A stretch of 64,000 nt of DNA. Source: Actinomycetota bacterium (GTDB lineage Bacteria > Actinomycetota > Actinomycetes > S36-B12 > UBA5976). The position numbers and the translations under genes are program-made. The DNA is taken from NCBI GenBank assembly GCA_947448865.1, contig CANFOW010000002.1:5621-69620 (forward strand), given 5' to 3'. Shown here in pieces: positions 39,494 through 49,278 of the stretch. Under the pieces are notes generated by a model. It was not told where the DNA came from, ran no database searches, and worked only from the letters and a program-made list of their open reading frames with translations. Positions within the stretch are counted from its first letter, which is position 1; every line of letters starts with the position of its first letter.

Positions 39494-41150
39494 GCATTGA
39501 CCAGCCAAATCCGTCCGTGATGTGTACTAGTCGGATACCAGGTTGCGAAAGCCATTTCACAATGAGTTGGGTCTCGGCAACCAAAGTCGAGTCACTAACG
39601 AAAGTCTCAGCCATTTTTCGGGCAGATTCCACAGTCGGAGTAGGGCTTAAGCCTGGGCGGGCAAACGCACTGGCTGCTAGTGCGCCGTGTCGAATGACAT
39701 GAATGTCCCAACCACCATCGGAAGTTGCGCACGCTGCAACAAGCTCAGGAATGACGCAGATTGAACGAAGCGCTGCAGCGTTGTGGACACCAGTCTTGAG
39801 TGCTACTGCCCGGTCTCGAACAACTGCGGCATCTTCAAAACGCTCGTCTTGTGACAGTGACTCCATGCGGTCGGTTAACGATTGGATGACTGCGGATGGA
39901 TCAGAAAGCATTGTGGAGTGAGCTTGTGCAACTATGTCGGCATAGTCGCGAGTGTGCGAGCCATCCATACATGGTGCAATACATCGCTTCATTTCAAACA
40001 GCACGCACGGTGTTATGCGTGAGGCCGCAGTTATGCGATCTTTGCATTGGCGAATGTGTAAACCCTCGTGCAATGCATCGATGGCATTTTGCGCAATGTC
40101 TCCAGAGCGAAATGGACCGATTGTTATCCGCTCATCATGTGCGGGATGACTTTGGCGCACGATGGACAATCGAGGAAACCGTTCATGAGTCAGTGCAACC
40201 CACGCCGTGCGTTCGGGGTTTCGACTTCGATGGTTAAATCGTGGTCGATACTCGTTAATCATTCGTAACTCGCGTACCGATGCTTCCAATGCAGTAGCGC
40301 ACACAATGGGTTGAACTCGCGTTGCTATCTCAATCATTGATGTCATACGACTGCGAGTTTCTGCGGCGGTGAAGTAACTCATTACACGCTTGCGCATGTT
40401 GCGCGACGTACCGACATACAGTGGACGATTTGCGTGGTCATAAAAAACATAGACACCAGGTGCATCCGGAACATCATTAGCCAGATGACGTTTTCGTCGT
40501 CGACGTTCCGTTGCTTGTCCGTCAAACTGCACAAGCGACATTAAATCGCTGACACCAAGATTTCCCACACGTTCCATCAAGCCATGAAGGACGTGAACAG
40601 TAGCTCGTGCGTCGTCAAGTGCTCGGTGGGTAGGGCTAGTAGGCGAGTGGAAGTATTCGGCGAGTGTCGACAACTTACGATTACGCACTTCGCTGCCGCG
40701 CAAAATCCGCCGAGCCAATGTGACGGTATCTACGATGAGTGGTTGCGGCCAAGCAAGGTTAAATCGAGTGCAGGCATCCTTAAGAAAACCCACATCAAAA
40801 GGTGCATTGTGGGCAACGAGTACGGGAAGCTCAGGACTTGACCCTGCGAATCCCGCAAATTCTAAAAACGACACCAACGCAGCACCGGCACTTGGAGCAT
40901 GTGCAACATGGTGATCTGTAATTCCTGTGAGCACCGAAATAAAAGCAGGAATTGGCATTCCGGGATTAACAAAGGTTTGAAATTCACCGATAACCACGCC
41001 GCCACGCACTTTAACGGCACCAATTTCAGTAATTCCTGAATCGCTGGTTCGCCCACCCGTGGTCTCAAGGTCCACGACAACGAAAGTGACATCTGCGAGG
41101 AGGACCGCTGATGAATCGCCTAGGGCGTCATCCAAACTCAATGCGGTCAT
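39459..41150 (-). CDS. DEDD exonuclease fused to GIY-YIG/UvrC-like endonuclease (Rv2191-like)
   Basis: VDLETTG, AHNAPFD, HRALDDA; PGVYVF...LYVG; ERFEDAAVVRD UVR motif. Confidence 0.92.
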   Translation of the reverse strand: MTALSLDDALGDSSAVLLADVTFVVVDLETTGGRTSDSGITEIGAVKVRGGVVIGEFQTFVNPGMPIPAFISVLTGITDHHVAHAPSAGAALVSFLEFAGFAGSSPELPVLVAHNAPFDVGFLKDACTRFNLAWPQPLIVDTVTLARRILRGSEVRNRKLSTLAEYFHSPTSPTHRALDDARATVHVLHGLMERVGNLGVSDLMSLVQFDGQATERRRRKRHLANDVPDAPGVYVFYDHANRPLYVGTSRNMRKRVMSYFTAAETRSRMTSMIEIATRVQPIVCATALEASVRELRMINEYRPRFNHRSRNPERTAWVALTHERFPRLSIVRQSHPAHDERITIGPFRSGDIAQNAIDALHEGLHIRQCKDRITAASRITPCVLFEMKRCIAPCMDGSHTRDYADIVAQAHSTMLSDPSAVIQSLTDRMESLSQDERFEDAAVVRDRAVALKTGVHNAAALRSICVIPELVAACATSDGGWDIHVIRHGALAASAFARPGLSPTPTVESARKMAETFVSDSTLVAETQLIVKWLSQPGIRLVHITDGFGWSMPTNASPTLTMP

Positions 41151-41157
41151 AGTCGTG

Positions 41158-41179
41158 AGATTACAAGGTTGCACAGACA
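41158..41179 (-). promoter_or_regulatory. RecA-NDp/PafBC-like promoter of the exonuclease
   Basis: TGTCTG-N10-TAATCT, 7 nt before ATG 41150. Confidence 0.6.
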
Positions 41180-41262
41180 CCGTGACGGATTGGTGGCCAT
41201 GTGTTCAGGCTTGGCCACATGGATCGGTATTCGATTCATGGCCAAAGCCGGTGCGTCAGTGA

Positions 41263-41284
41263 TGTCTGACCTCACTTCTAGAGT
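41263..41284 (+). promoter_or_regulatory. RecA-NDp/PafBC-like promoter of the small Cys protein
   Basis: TGTCTG-N10-TAGAGT. Confidence 0.6.
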
Positions 41285-41309
41285 CGTGGATAACAAAGGA
41301 GAACGTTTT

Positions 41310-41522
41310 ATGTTGATCGATTGTCACAGTTGCCGTATGAAAGACATTGCGTGTTCAGATTGCGTTGTCACGATGCTTCTCGGTCCAGTTGAAGGGGGCT
41401 TGGAGTCTCGCAAAGACATGTTTGATGTGCTCGCGGGTTCTGGCCTCGTTCCACCACTGCGTCTGGTTTCATCCCAACAATTCACACAGCACGAGGATTC
41501 GACGGGAACTGCCACGGGTTAG
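41310..41522 (+). CDS. Small Cys-rich hypothetical protein (CxxC-x6-CxxC)
   Basis: MLIDCHSCRMKDIACSDCVV...GLVPPLRL; AAGGAG RBS. Confidence 0.8.
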   Translation: MLIDCHSCRMKDIACSDCVVTMLLGPVEGGLESRKDMFDVLAGSGLVPPLRLVSSQQFTQHEDSTGTATG

Positions 41523-41536
41523 GGCAAGATTGGAGC

Positions 41537-42772
41537 ATGACCCGACTTCTGCTCGCACTGAGTGCTTTGGCATTCTTTGGGGTCGTGCTCACTGTTTGGT
41601 ATACACCGTGGAACATTTATTCCAGTGTTGCTGGCCAGATCCACCACTCAATTAAAGAAGTCGCTCCCGATGTGACGCGAGATTTCACAAGTGTCCAGAT
41701 TTCGCGTGAAGTTGCCTTTCTTCACGATGTGCGAGCGTGGCAGCTGCTTCGCATAGCCATTTCTATAGTTCTTCCGCTCGTTGCGTTCTGGGCCTTCACT
41801 ATCTTTTTCAAATCTAGTTTGCCAACGCCGTCTAATGTTTCGTGGTGGCTGTATGGCCTGTTTACTTTGTGTGTCATTCGAATCGCCAGCTTGCCTTGCG
41901 ATTGGATGATCAGACGTCAACTGATTAATTACGGGTTGAATACCCAATCAGTAACCGGATGGTTAAGTGATGTAGCACGTTCTTTTGCGTTGTCCACGCC
42001 ACTGATATTGGTACTAGTTGCGCTGTGTGTTTATGCGAGTGGTTTAGGCACGTCTAGTCAGATCGCCATTGTTCCTGCAGTTGCAGGTTTGCTTGTCGTG
42101 ATCTTCTCATTTGTTTTGCCAGTTGTTGTTGAACCACTTTTTAACTCATTTACATCTCTTCCCGATGGAGCGCTTCGCACACAATTGATTGACCAATCCC
42201 GTCGCATGGACATACCGATTACAGATGTTCTGGTGGCAGATGCAAGCCGTCGGACCAACGCACTCAATGCGTATGTTTCCGGTTTTGGGTCTACTCGACG
42301 AATTGTTTTGTATGACACAGTGCTTAATGAAATGCCAACCGACGAAATTGTGGTTGTCGCGCGACATGAATTAGCGCATGCGAAGTATCACGACGTGTTG
42401 CACGCGACGCTGATCGGTGCATTGTTTGCCGCGACTGCAGCACTTGGAATTGTTGCATTGTTGAGCACAGGAAAATTCGCAGGGCGCGAGCTTGCGGTTG
42501 TCCTGACATGTTTTGCAGTGATTTCTGTATTGACTGCGCCACTTTCTAATCTCGTCACACGTCGAGTCGAAAGTCGCGCAGACGTCGTTGCTTTGGCTGA
42601 TTCTCCGGTGCAAGACGGATACGGAGCGTTTATTCGAATGCAGCAACGTCTTGCCACGAGTAACTTATCGAGCTTGGATCCATCGCCATGGATATTCGCG
42701 ATGTTTTCAACGCATCCAACACCTCCGCAGCGCATCGCAATCGCGCGGACTATTGAGATGAGTGCTCCGTGA
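41537..42772 (+). CDS. M48 (Ste24-like) zinc metallopeptidase
   Basis: NAYVSGFG, HELAH, ESRAD, THP; multiple TM segments. Confidence 0.9.
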   Translation: MTRLLLALSALAFFGVVLTVWYTPWNIYSSVAGQIHHSIKEVAPDVTRDFTSVQISREVAFLHDVRAWQLLRIAISIVLPLVAFWAFTIFFKSSLPTPSNVSWWLYGLFTLCVIRIASLPCDWMIRRQLINYGLNTQSVTGWLSDVARSFALSTPLILVLVALCVYASGLGTSSQIAIVPAVAGLLVVIFSFVLPVVVEPLFNSFTSLPDGALRTQLIDQSRRMDIPITDVLVADASRRTNALNAYVSGFGSTRRIVLYDTVLNEMPTDEIVVVARHELAHAKYHDVLHATLIGALFAATAALGIVALLSTGKFAGRELAVVLTCFAVISVLTAPLSNLVTRRVESRADVVALADSPVQDGYGAFIRMQQRLATSNLSSLDPSPWIFAMFSTHPTPPQRIAIARTIEMSAP

Positions 42773-43905
42773 AAACACTCATCATCACAAATGATTTTCC
42801 ACCACGCGATGGTGGCATTCAAACTTTTGTTTTCGAGATGGCTCAAAGATTTAATCCGCAGGATGTCATAGTGATGACTTCGCATTACGACGGCGACACG
42901 GAATTTGATTCCACATTGCCGTATCTCGTGATTCGTACGAAAACAACAGTCCTTGTCCCGAACAAGAGGGCACGTACCCTTGCGGAAAAAATTATTGCCG
43001 AACATGGTGTGACAAGTGTGGTGTTCGGTGCGGCTGCGCCACTGGCATTGCTAGCACCTGCGCTTCGAAAAGTTGGCGTGACGCGAATGGTTGCAATTAC
43101 TCATGGCCACGAAGCGGGCTGGGCAATTACTCCGGTAACGAGACAACTGATTCGACGCATTGGAAACAGTGTCAACCACATGACGTACTTAGGTGACTAT
43201 ACGCGTAGCAAAATTGCACCAGTTTTAAGTCCCGATGCACAATCACGCATGGTGCAACTCACACCTGGTGTGGATCCAGAAATTTTTCACCCACGCAACC
43301 GTGAACTGGCCGAGTCAATGCGAAATCAACTTGGCATAGGACAGCGACCAGTTGTTGTGTGTGTTTCGCGACTAATGAAGCGAAAAGGACAGGATGCGCT
43401 TATCGCCGCGTTTCCGAAAATACTTGAATCTGTCGGCGACGCTGTGTTGGTGATTGTTGGAGGCGGCGCATATAAAGACGCATTGGTGAAACAAGCAAAA
43501 CGCAGTTCAGCACACTCAAGCATCATTTTCGCTGGCAAGGTGCCATTTAACGAATTGCCTGCTTGGTATGCAGTCGGCGATGTTTTCGCAATGCCGTGTC
43601 GCACAAGGAACGCTGGCTGGGATGTTGAGGGACTTGGGATTGTGTTCCTGGAAGCAAGTGCAACTGGATTACCAGTCGTCGCGGGTGATAGTGGTGGAGC
43701 GCCCGATGCAGTGCTAGACGGTCAGACTGGAATGGTTGTGTCAGGTAGGAATAGCGAGGAAGTCAGCCAAACAATCGTGCGTCTTCTCCAAGATCCGAAT
43801 CTGCGCACGACAATGGGTGCCGCAGGTCGCGAATGGGTAATGAAACAGTGGACGTGGTCCCATAGCTACGACATTTTAAGTTCACTGCTGACGCAGGACG
43901 CTTAA
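42769..43905 (+). CDS. pimB: GT4 glycosyltransferase (PimB'-like mannosyltransferase)
   Basis: TNDFPPRDGGIQ, THGHE, EGLGIVFLEA. Confidence 0.85.
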   Translation: MKTLIITNDFPPRDGGIQTFVFEMAQRFNPQDVIVMTSHYDGDTEFDSTLPYLVIRTKTTVLVPNKRARTLAEKIIAEHGVTSVVFGAAAPLALLAPALRKVGVTRMVAITHGHEAGWAITPVTRQLIRRIGNSVNHMTYLGDYTRSKIAPVLSPDAQSRMVQLTPGVDPEIFHPRNRELAESMRNQLGIGQRPVVVCVSRLMKRKGQDALIAAFPKILESVGDAVLVIVGGGAYKDALVKQAKRSSAHSSIIFAGKVPFNELPAWYAVGDVFAMPCRTRNAGWDVEGLGIVFLEASATGLPVVAGDSGGAPDAVLDGQTGMVVSGRNSEEVSQTIVRLLQDPNLRTTMGAAGREWVMKQWTWSHSYDILSSLLTQDA

Positions 43906-43923
43906 CGTACGCAGATTTTAGAG

Positions 43924-45126
43924 TTATGCGCTCGGTGCGCTTTCGGTACGAACCTGCGCGGGCAGGGTTCGCTTATTAACACTGCGCCACAACATAATCG
44001 TGGCAAGTAATAGCGTTACCACTCGAATTGTTTGAACCAAGGTTGGTAAGACTTCACCACCTTGGAACGGAATGTACATCCACGGATAAAGAAGTTGACC
44101 TGTGAATGCACTGATTGCCAACAAGATTGCAATCGGGGTAAATTCCGGAGCTGGTAAAAACGCACACACGGCTAAGAGTCCAATAACCCAAACGTTGTAT
44201 TGCGGAGATAGAACGCGACTCGTGATCATTGCGACAAGCACGACTAAAAGAAAAATGTCCGGCATAGGTACAGTTTCGAGTCGCCCTTGCAAGCGACGCA
44301 CAACAAGAAGTCCAATCGCGATAAGACCACTTGCAGTCAATAGAAGGCTCACGACTCCAGTGTGGGAAGACATCACTTCAATCGCTCCATACCGAAATTT
44401 CGTGTGGACATTACCTGGCCCTGCATTCTTCCACATAAACGGTAAAGCACCTAGTGACTCTATTTGTAAACCACGATCACGTTGACCAATAAGAAATCCA
44501 AGTGAACCTGGCCACCACATTTTGAGGAGCCCAAATCCAACGGCCAAAGTGATGGCATAAGCCGCACCCACGCGTCGATACAAACTACGCGGAACTGAAA
44601 TCAAACCGAGTATCGGCCACGCTTTCAACAACGTTCCGAACGCGAGATACACCCCGCTTGTTACCGGCTTACGCATAGCAAGAGTTGCACCTACTGCCAT
44701 GAATGTGGGAAAGACGTCGAATCGTCCAAGCATGATCGGTCCGATGAGCACGGGTGCTGCAACCCAGATAAGCGGTGGAAGTGGGTTCTGCTGTTTTGTA
44801 GATTGCGAGGTGCGCAACAGCAAAAGGAAAATTCCGGCATCTGCAGCCAGAGCTAGTGATACAAAACCCACCATGTGTCCGGCAATGAGGTAACCCAGTA
44901 AGAACACGACTGCGGCTAATGGTGGGTACTGCCACATGGGGTCGTTGATGGGGAAGTGCCCATCAACCATATTTCCAGCCCACCAGTCGTACAGGCGCAC
45001 ATCACTAAAAAGTGATTCAGAGTGCGGGTACCAGATGACTTGGAAGCCACTCAAAATAACCCATGCTCGTGTGATTACCCACAACACGAATGTGTTCTTA
45101 GTTAAGAATTCAAATTTCACTGACAT
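43924..45126 (-). CDS. GT87-like membrane glycosyltransferase
   Basis: SDVRLY, WQYPP, RFD, LKAWP, RGLQIES, VLSPQY. Confidence 0.82.
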   Translation of the reverse strand: MSVKFEFLTKNTFVLWVITRAWVILSGFQVIWYPHSESLFSDVRLYDWWAGNMVDGHFPINDPMWQYPPLAAVVFLLGYLIAGHMVGFVSLALAADAGIFLLLLRTSQSTKQQNPLPPLIWVAAPVLIGPIMLGRFDVFPTFMAVGATLAMRKPVTSGVYLAFGTLLKAWPILGLISVPRSLYRRVGAAYAITLAVGFGLLKMWWPGSLGFLIGQRDRGLQIESLGALPFMWKNAGPGNVHTKFRYGAIEVMSSHTGVVSLLLTASGLIAIGLLVVRRLQGRLETVPMPDIFLLVVLVAMITSRVLSPQYNVWVIGLLAVCAFLPAPEFTPIAILLAISAFTGQLLYPWMYIPFQGGEVLPTLVQTIRVVTLLLATIMLWRSVNKRTLPAQVRTESAPSA

Positions 45127-45172
45127 TGCACCTTGTGCGGATGTGTTTTTTTGGAAAGCGTTGCAAGAATCA

Positions 45173-46966
45173 TCACTTGTACAGCGAATTAATTGTGTCG
45201 GCAAAGTCAACGTTAATGACATGCCGCTTAATGCTGAGTTTCGGTGTGAGGTAGCCGTTTTCAATTGTGAGGTCTAACGGAAGAATCTCAAACTTCTTAA
45301 TAGCCTCGGAGTTCGACACAGCTTCGTTCGCAGTATTGATTGCCTGTTGCACCAGAGCACGTACGTCTGCGTTATGCGCTAAGTCTTCGAGACTGGCCGG
45401 TGCGATTCCATGACTCGCGAGTATTCCAGGAAGTGCTTCCTGATCAAGCGTGACCAGCACTGAAATGTAGGGACGTCCATCTCCGACGACAACACATTGA
45501 CTCACGAGTGGATGAGCACGTAACCGATCCTCGAGAACAATTGGAGCCACATTCTTACCGGCTGAGGTAACAAGGAGTTCCTTTTTGCGACCAGTGATGT
45601 ATAAATACCCGTCTTCATCAATTCGTCCCACATCCCCAGAGCGGAACCATTCGCCAGAGAACGCCTCGTTAGTCGCTTCAGTGTTATTCCAATACCCCTT
45701 GAAAATGTGCCCGCCCGCCAACAAGATTTCATCATCAGTGTCGAGCTTCACTTTCGTCCCAAAAATAGGTTGGCCAACAGAACCAATTTTGAGAGCACGG
45801 GGAATGTTCAGCGTGCTGCCAGCCGATGTTTCGGTTAGTCCATATCCTTCGAGTACAACAAGACCAAGTCCGCGGTAAAAGTGTCCCAAGCGGGTACCAA
45901 GAGACGCGCCACCCGAAATTGCGTGAGTGACTCGACCGCCGAGCGCAGCACGCATTTTAGATAGCACGAGGTGATCAAGAAGCGAGTACTTAATTTTGAG
46001 AGCCAACGGAGTTTTTCCAGTATCAAGCGATTCACTATATGCAATTGCACTCGCGGCGGCTGCATCAAAAAGTTTTCCTTTAAGTCCGCTTGCATCATGT
46101 GCTTTGGAACTTGCGCTGTTAAACACTTTTTCAAATACGCGCGGAACTGCGAGCACAAACGTCGGCTTGAATGTTGTGAGGTATCTACTCAATGCTCCAA
46201 CGTTAGGACAGTAGCCAATCGTTACTCGAGCCCGAATCATTGCTACTTCAATCAGACGACCAAAGACGTGTGCAAGTGGAAGAAATAAAAGAGTCGACGC
46301 GCCTTCTTTAAGAAATACTTCCGGTACACCAGTAATTAGGTTGTCGCACTGAGTCATCAAGTTTCCATGCGTAAGCATGCATCCTTTAGGGCGGCCAGTA
46401 GTGCCAGAGGTGTAAATAATTGTGGCAACGTCATTCGGAGTTGACATACTTCGACGTTCGTCAAGTTGCTGATCAGTAATGCTGCGACCACGTTCAGTTA
46501 ATTCTGCGAAAGCGTCGTGCGCAAAGACATAGCTTCTCGTCATCTGGGGAACTGTGCTGGCGATTTCGTTAAACGGATGCAAAGTGCGATCTGCTTCGAA
46601 GAATGTTGCAACGACTCCGGCGTCCTGCATCATCCATTGAACTTGCTCGGCCGATGAAGTTTCGTAAATGGGAACTGCGATAGCGCCTGCATACCAAATT
46701 GCATAATCAGCAACGGTCCATTCAAGACGAGTTCGCGAAAAAATCGCAACACGATCGCCTGGATTTATCCCATCTGCCATTAAACCTTTGGCGACATCTC
46801 GGACAAGCATACGCATCGCAGCGGACGTGACCGAAGTCCATGTGCCTTCGGCTTCACTGGCCATGACTTCGGCATGTGGATAGTGAATCGCGTTGTACTC
46901 GACATGGTCGGTCAAGTTACCCGTCTCTGGGAATGCGACGAGCGCTGGTGTGCTGGCCTGGCGCAC
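45173..46966 (-). CDS. Long-chain fatty acid--CoA ligase (FadD15-like)
   Basis: YTSGTTGRPKG, EGYGLTET, GDVG, TGRKKE; GGAGG before GTG. Confidence 0.93.
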   Translation of the reverse strand: MRQASTPALVAFPETGNLTDHVEYNAIHYPHAEVMASEAEGTWTSVTSAAMRMLVRDVAKGLMADGINPGDRVAIFSRTRLEWTVADYAIWYAGAIAVPIYETSSAEQVQWMMQDAGVVATFFEADRTLHPFNEIASTVPQMTRSYVFAHDAFAELTERGRSITDQQLDERRSMSTPNDVATIIYTSGTTGRPKGCMLTHGNLMTQCDNLITGVPEVFLKEGASTLLFLPLAHVFGRLIEVAMIRARVTIGYCPNVGALSRYLTTFKPTFVLAVPRVFEKVFNSASSKAHDASGLKGKLFDAAAASAIAYSESLDTGKTPLALKIKYSLLDHLVLSKMRAALGGRVTHAISGGASLGTRLGHFYRGLGLVVLEGYGLTETSAGSTLNIPRALKIGSVGQPIFGTKVKLDTDDEILLAGGHIFKGYWNNTEATNEAFSGEWFRSGDVGRIDEDGYLYITGRKKELLVTSAGKNVAPIVLEDRLRAHPLVSQCVVVGDGRPYISVLVTLDQEALPGILASHGIAPASLEDLAHNADVRALVQQAINTANEAVSNSEAIKKFEILPLDLTIENGYLTPKLSIKRHVINVDFADTINSLYK

Positions 46967-47185
46967 GTGGTCCTCCAAATAAAAATCTGTGTTTAGGCGA
47001 CATTATCGTGCCAACAGCAATTCAGTGGCTTAAAGAAGTGACAATTTGTCCTGGTTTTGTTTTGCTGTCTACACACCAGCAGTGGCACATAGGGTTGTCT
47101 GAGTCGCACATGCGGTCTGTGGGTGCATCGGCCTGTCTTTTCGGGCGAATTGTGTGAGAGTCAAAGCCTAGATACGGTAGGACTC

Positions 47186-47884
47186 GTGGCTGAGAGCGAT
47201 AACTTTTACCGATTCCTGAAAAAGGTTGCGATCGGACCTGCCATTGAAGTGGCCTATCACCCTTGGGTTGAAGGACTAGAAAACATTCCTGAGACTGGCG
47301 CTGCAATTCTTGCTAGCAACCATTTATCGTTTTCAGATTCAATTTTCTTGCCGATTGCGGTGCCCAGAAAAATTACGTTCTTGGCAAAGGCTGAATATTT
47401 CAATGCACCCGGTATCAAAGGAAAAGTTACTGCGGCATTTTTCCGCGGAGCTGGTCAAGTACCAGTTGATCGCACTGGCGGAAATGCTGGAACCGCGGCA
47501 ATTGCTACTGGCGTGAGATTACTTAAAGAGGGCCACCTGCTGGGAATTTACCCTGAGGGAACTCGTTCACCCGATGCTCGGTTATATCGAGGCAAGACCG
47601 GTGTTGCTCGAATGGCTCTCGAAGCACGAGTACCAGTTATCCCCGTAGGTATGCACAATACCGAAAAGGTGCAACCAGTCGGTCGCTCACGACCAAACTT
47701 TGGCGTTGACGTAGGAATCACAATTGGAAAGCCATTGGATTTTTCACGTTACTACGGTATGGAAGATGATCGGTTTGTGCTGCGTTCCTTAACCGATGAA
47801 ATCACGTACAAAATTATGGAACTGTCGGGTCAGGAATACGTTGACATGTATGCATCACGTGCAAAAACTATTGCCGGCGATTAG
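47186..47884 (+). CDS. plsC: 1-acyl-sn-glycerol-3-phosphate acyltransferase
   Basis: NHLSFSD, YPEGTRS. Confidence 0.9.
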   Translation: MAESDNFYRFLKKVAIGPAIEVAYHPWVEGLENIPETGAAILASNHLSFSDSIFLPIAVPRKITFLAKAEYFNAPGIKGKVTAAFFRGAGQVPVDRTGGNAGTAAIATGVRLLKEGHLLGIYPEGTRSPDARLYRGKTGVARMALEARVPVIPVGMHNTEKVQPVGRSRPNFGVDVGITIGKPLDFSRYYGMEDDRFVLRSLTDEITYKIMELSGQEYVDMYASRAKTIAGD

Positions 47885-47965
47885 CTACAACTCCTACTAG
47901 CCCGTAAACGACCGATCTTTTGGAAGAAACGTTTCGAAAGTCGATTTGCGTGACATTGTCAATCG

Positions 47966-49186
47966 CTAATGCGACGCAGGAACTCCAACTGGTTGATTGA
48001 TGTCGTTCAGTAACGATGTAAACCAATCCTGCGTGACATCGAATGGCTTAGCTCCAGCAACGCGTTCGAATTCACATGCCCGAATAACATTGCCCTGGTC
48101 TTCGTCCTCACCAACAAGTCCACTAATTCCCTCGAGAGCCGAAGCGACCGCAACTTTGGCACATTCACGAATCAGGTCTTGATCGCGAGTATTGGCAGGT
48201 GCCGAGCGAGCGTAGTAGCCACTCTTTTGAACAAGAACTTTATCGGCGCCAATCATTGGTGCGAATTGATTTGCAAACCACGCACCTGGATTAATCTTGT
48301 CGATTTTGACATGCCCAAATGCGTCGCGTGGAATTTCTTCGCCGCGTTCCTGCATTTCCGCCACGATGGAATCGACACCTGCGCCTTCGGAAAGGAAAAT
48401 ATTCACGTTTCCTACGGAGTCCATAATTCCTGTCAAGCGTTGTGCTTCAGCAGCGAGGTCAATACTCAATTCAGGAACATACACTGCATGAATATCGCGA
48501 CGCTCTCGGGCAACACCAAATGACTCGAGCCAGGTTGTGCTGTCGAGTAGCGTGCGGTAACTCACTGCGGTGGCAGCTGTGAGCCATCCACAGTGTCGAC
48601 CCATGACTTCATGCACGATTAGCATGCGTGTGTTGGACGTGTGCTCTGAAACAACGTTGCTGAAAAAGTGAGCGCCTTCATCAGCCGCAGTCCAGGCACC
48701 CAGCGATTGGGCAATCGGGTAGACGTCATTATCAATAGTTTTTGGAAGACCTACGACTCCAAGTCCATAATTGTTGCGGGCCAAAAATGCAGAGAGATCT
48801 GCTGCCGCGGTATTAGTGTCATCGCCACCAATGGTGTGCAGGACATCAACGCCATCTTTAACGAGTTGATCTGCGGCGACTTGTTGAGGATCTTGACCTT
48901 CAGCAACTAAGCCTCGAGCAACACAGTCTGCGATATTTGTAAGCTTGACGCGACTATTGCCAATCGGGCTGCCACCGAAATTGTGCAAGAGATGTGCGTG
49001 AGCACGCACATCTGGCGTTACTGTGAACGAATCGCCACGAAGCAAGCCGTGATAACCATTGCGATAGGCAATGATTTCAATCTCGGGTGCGATGCGGGAA
49101 TATTCTTCAATGAGTGCGCCAACAGCAGAGGACAGGCATGGAGCCAATCCACCAGCCGTGAGTAATGCAACTTTCTTAACAGCCAT
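47966..49186 (-). CDS. pfp: Pyrophosphate--fructose-6-phosphate 1-phosphotransferase
   Basis: TAGGLAP, GGDDT (PPi-type Asp), PKTIDND, MGRHCG. Confidence 0.92.
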   Translation of the reverse strand: MAVKKVALLTAGGLAPCLSSAVGALIEEYSRIAPEIEIIAYRNGYHGLLRGDSFTVTPDVRAHAHLLHNFGGSPIGNSRVKLTNIADCVARGLVAEGQDPQQVAADQLVKDGVDVLHTIGGDDTNTAAADLSAFLARNNYGLGVVGLPKTIDNDVYPIAQSLGAWTAADEGAHFFSNVVSEHTSNTRMLIVHEVMGRHCGWLTAATAVSYRTLLDSTTWLESFGVARERRDIHAVYVPELSIDLAAEAQRLTGIMDSVGNVNIFLSEGAGVDSIVAEMQERGEEIPRDAFGHVKIDKINPGAWFANQFAPMIGADKVLVQKSGYYARSAPANTRDQDLIRECAKVAVASALEGISGLVGEDEDQGNVIRACEFERVAGAKPFDVTQDWFTSLLNDINQPVGVPASH

Positions 49187-49278
49187 AGGCTAAATCTACT
49201 AGGCGCACAAAGTTCACATGATGGCTGGTGCGTCGCGACGATTTAGTAAACCCGCTTGTTGCCGACTAATCTAGACGA

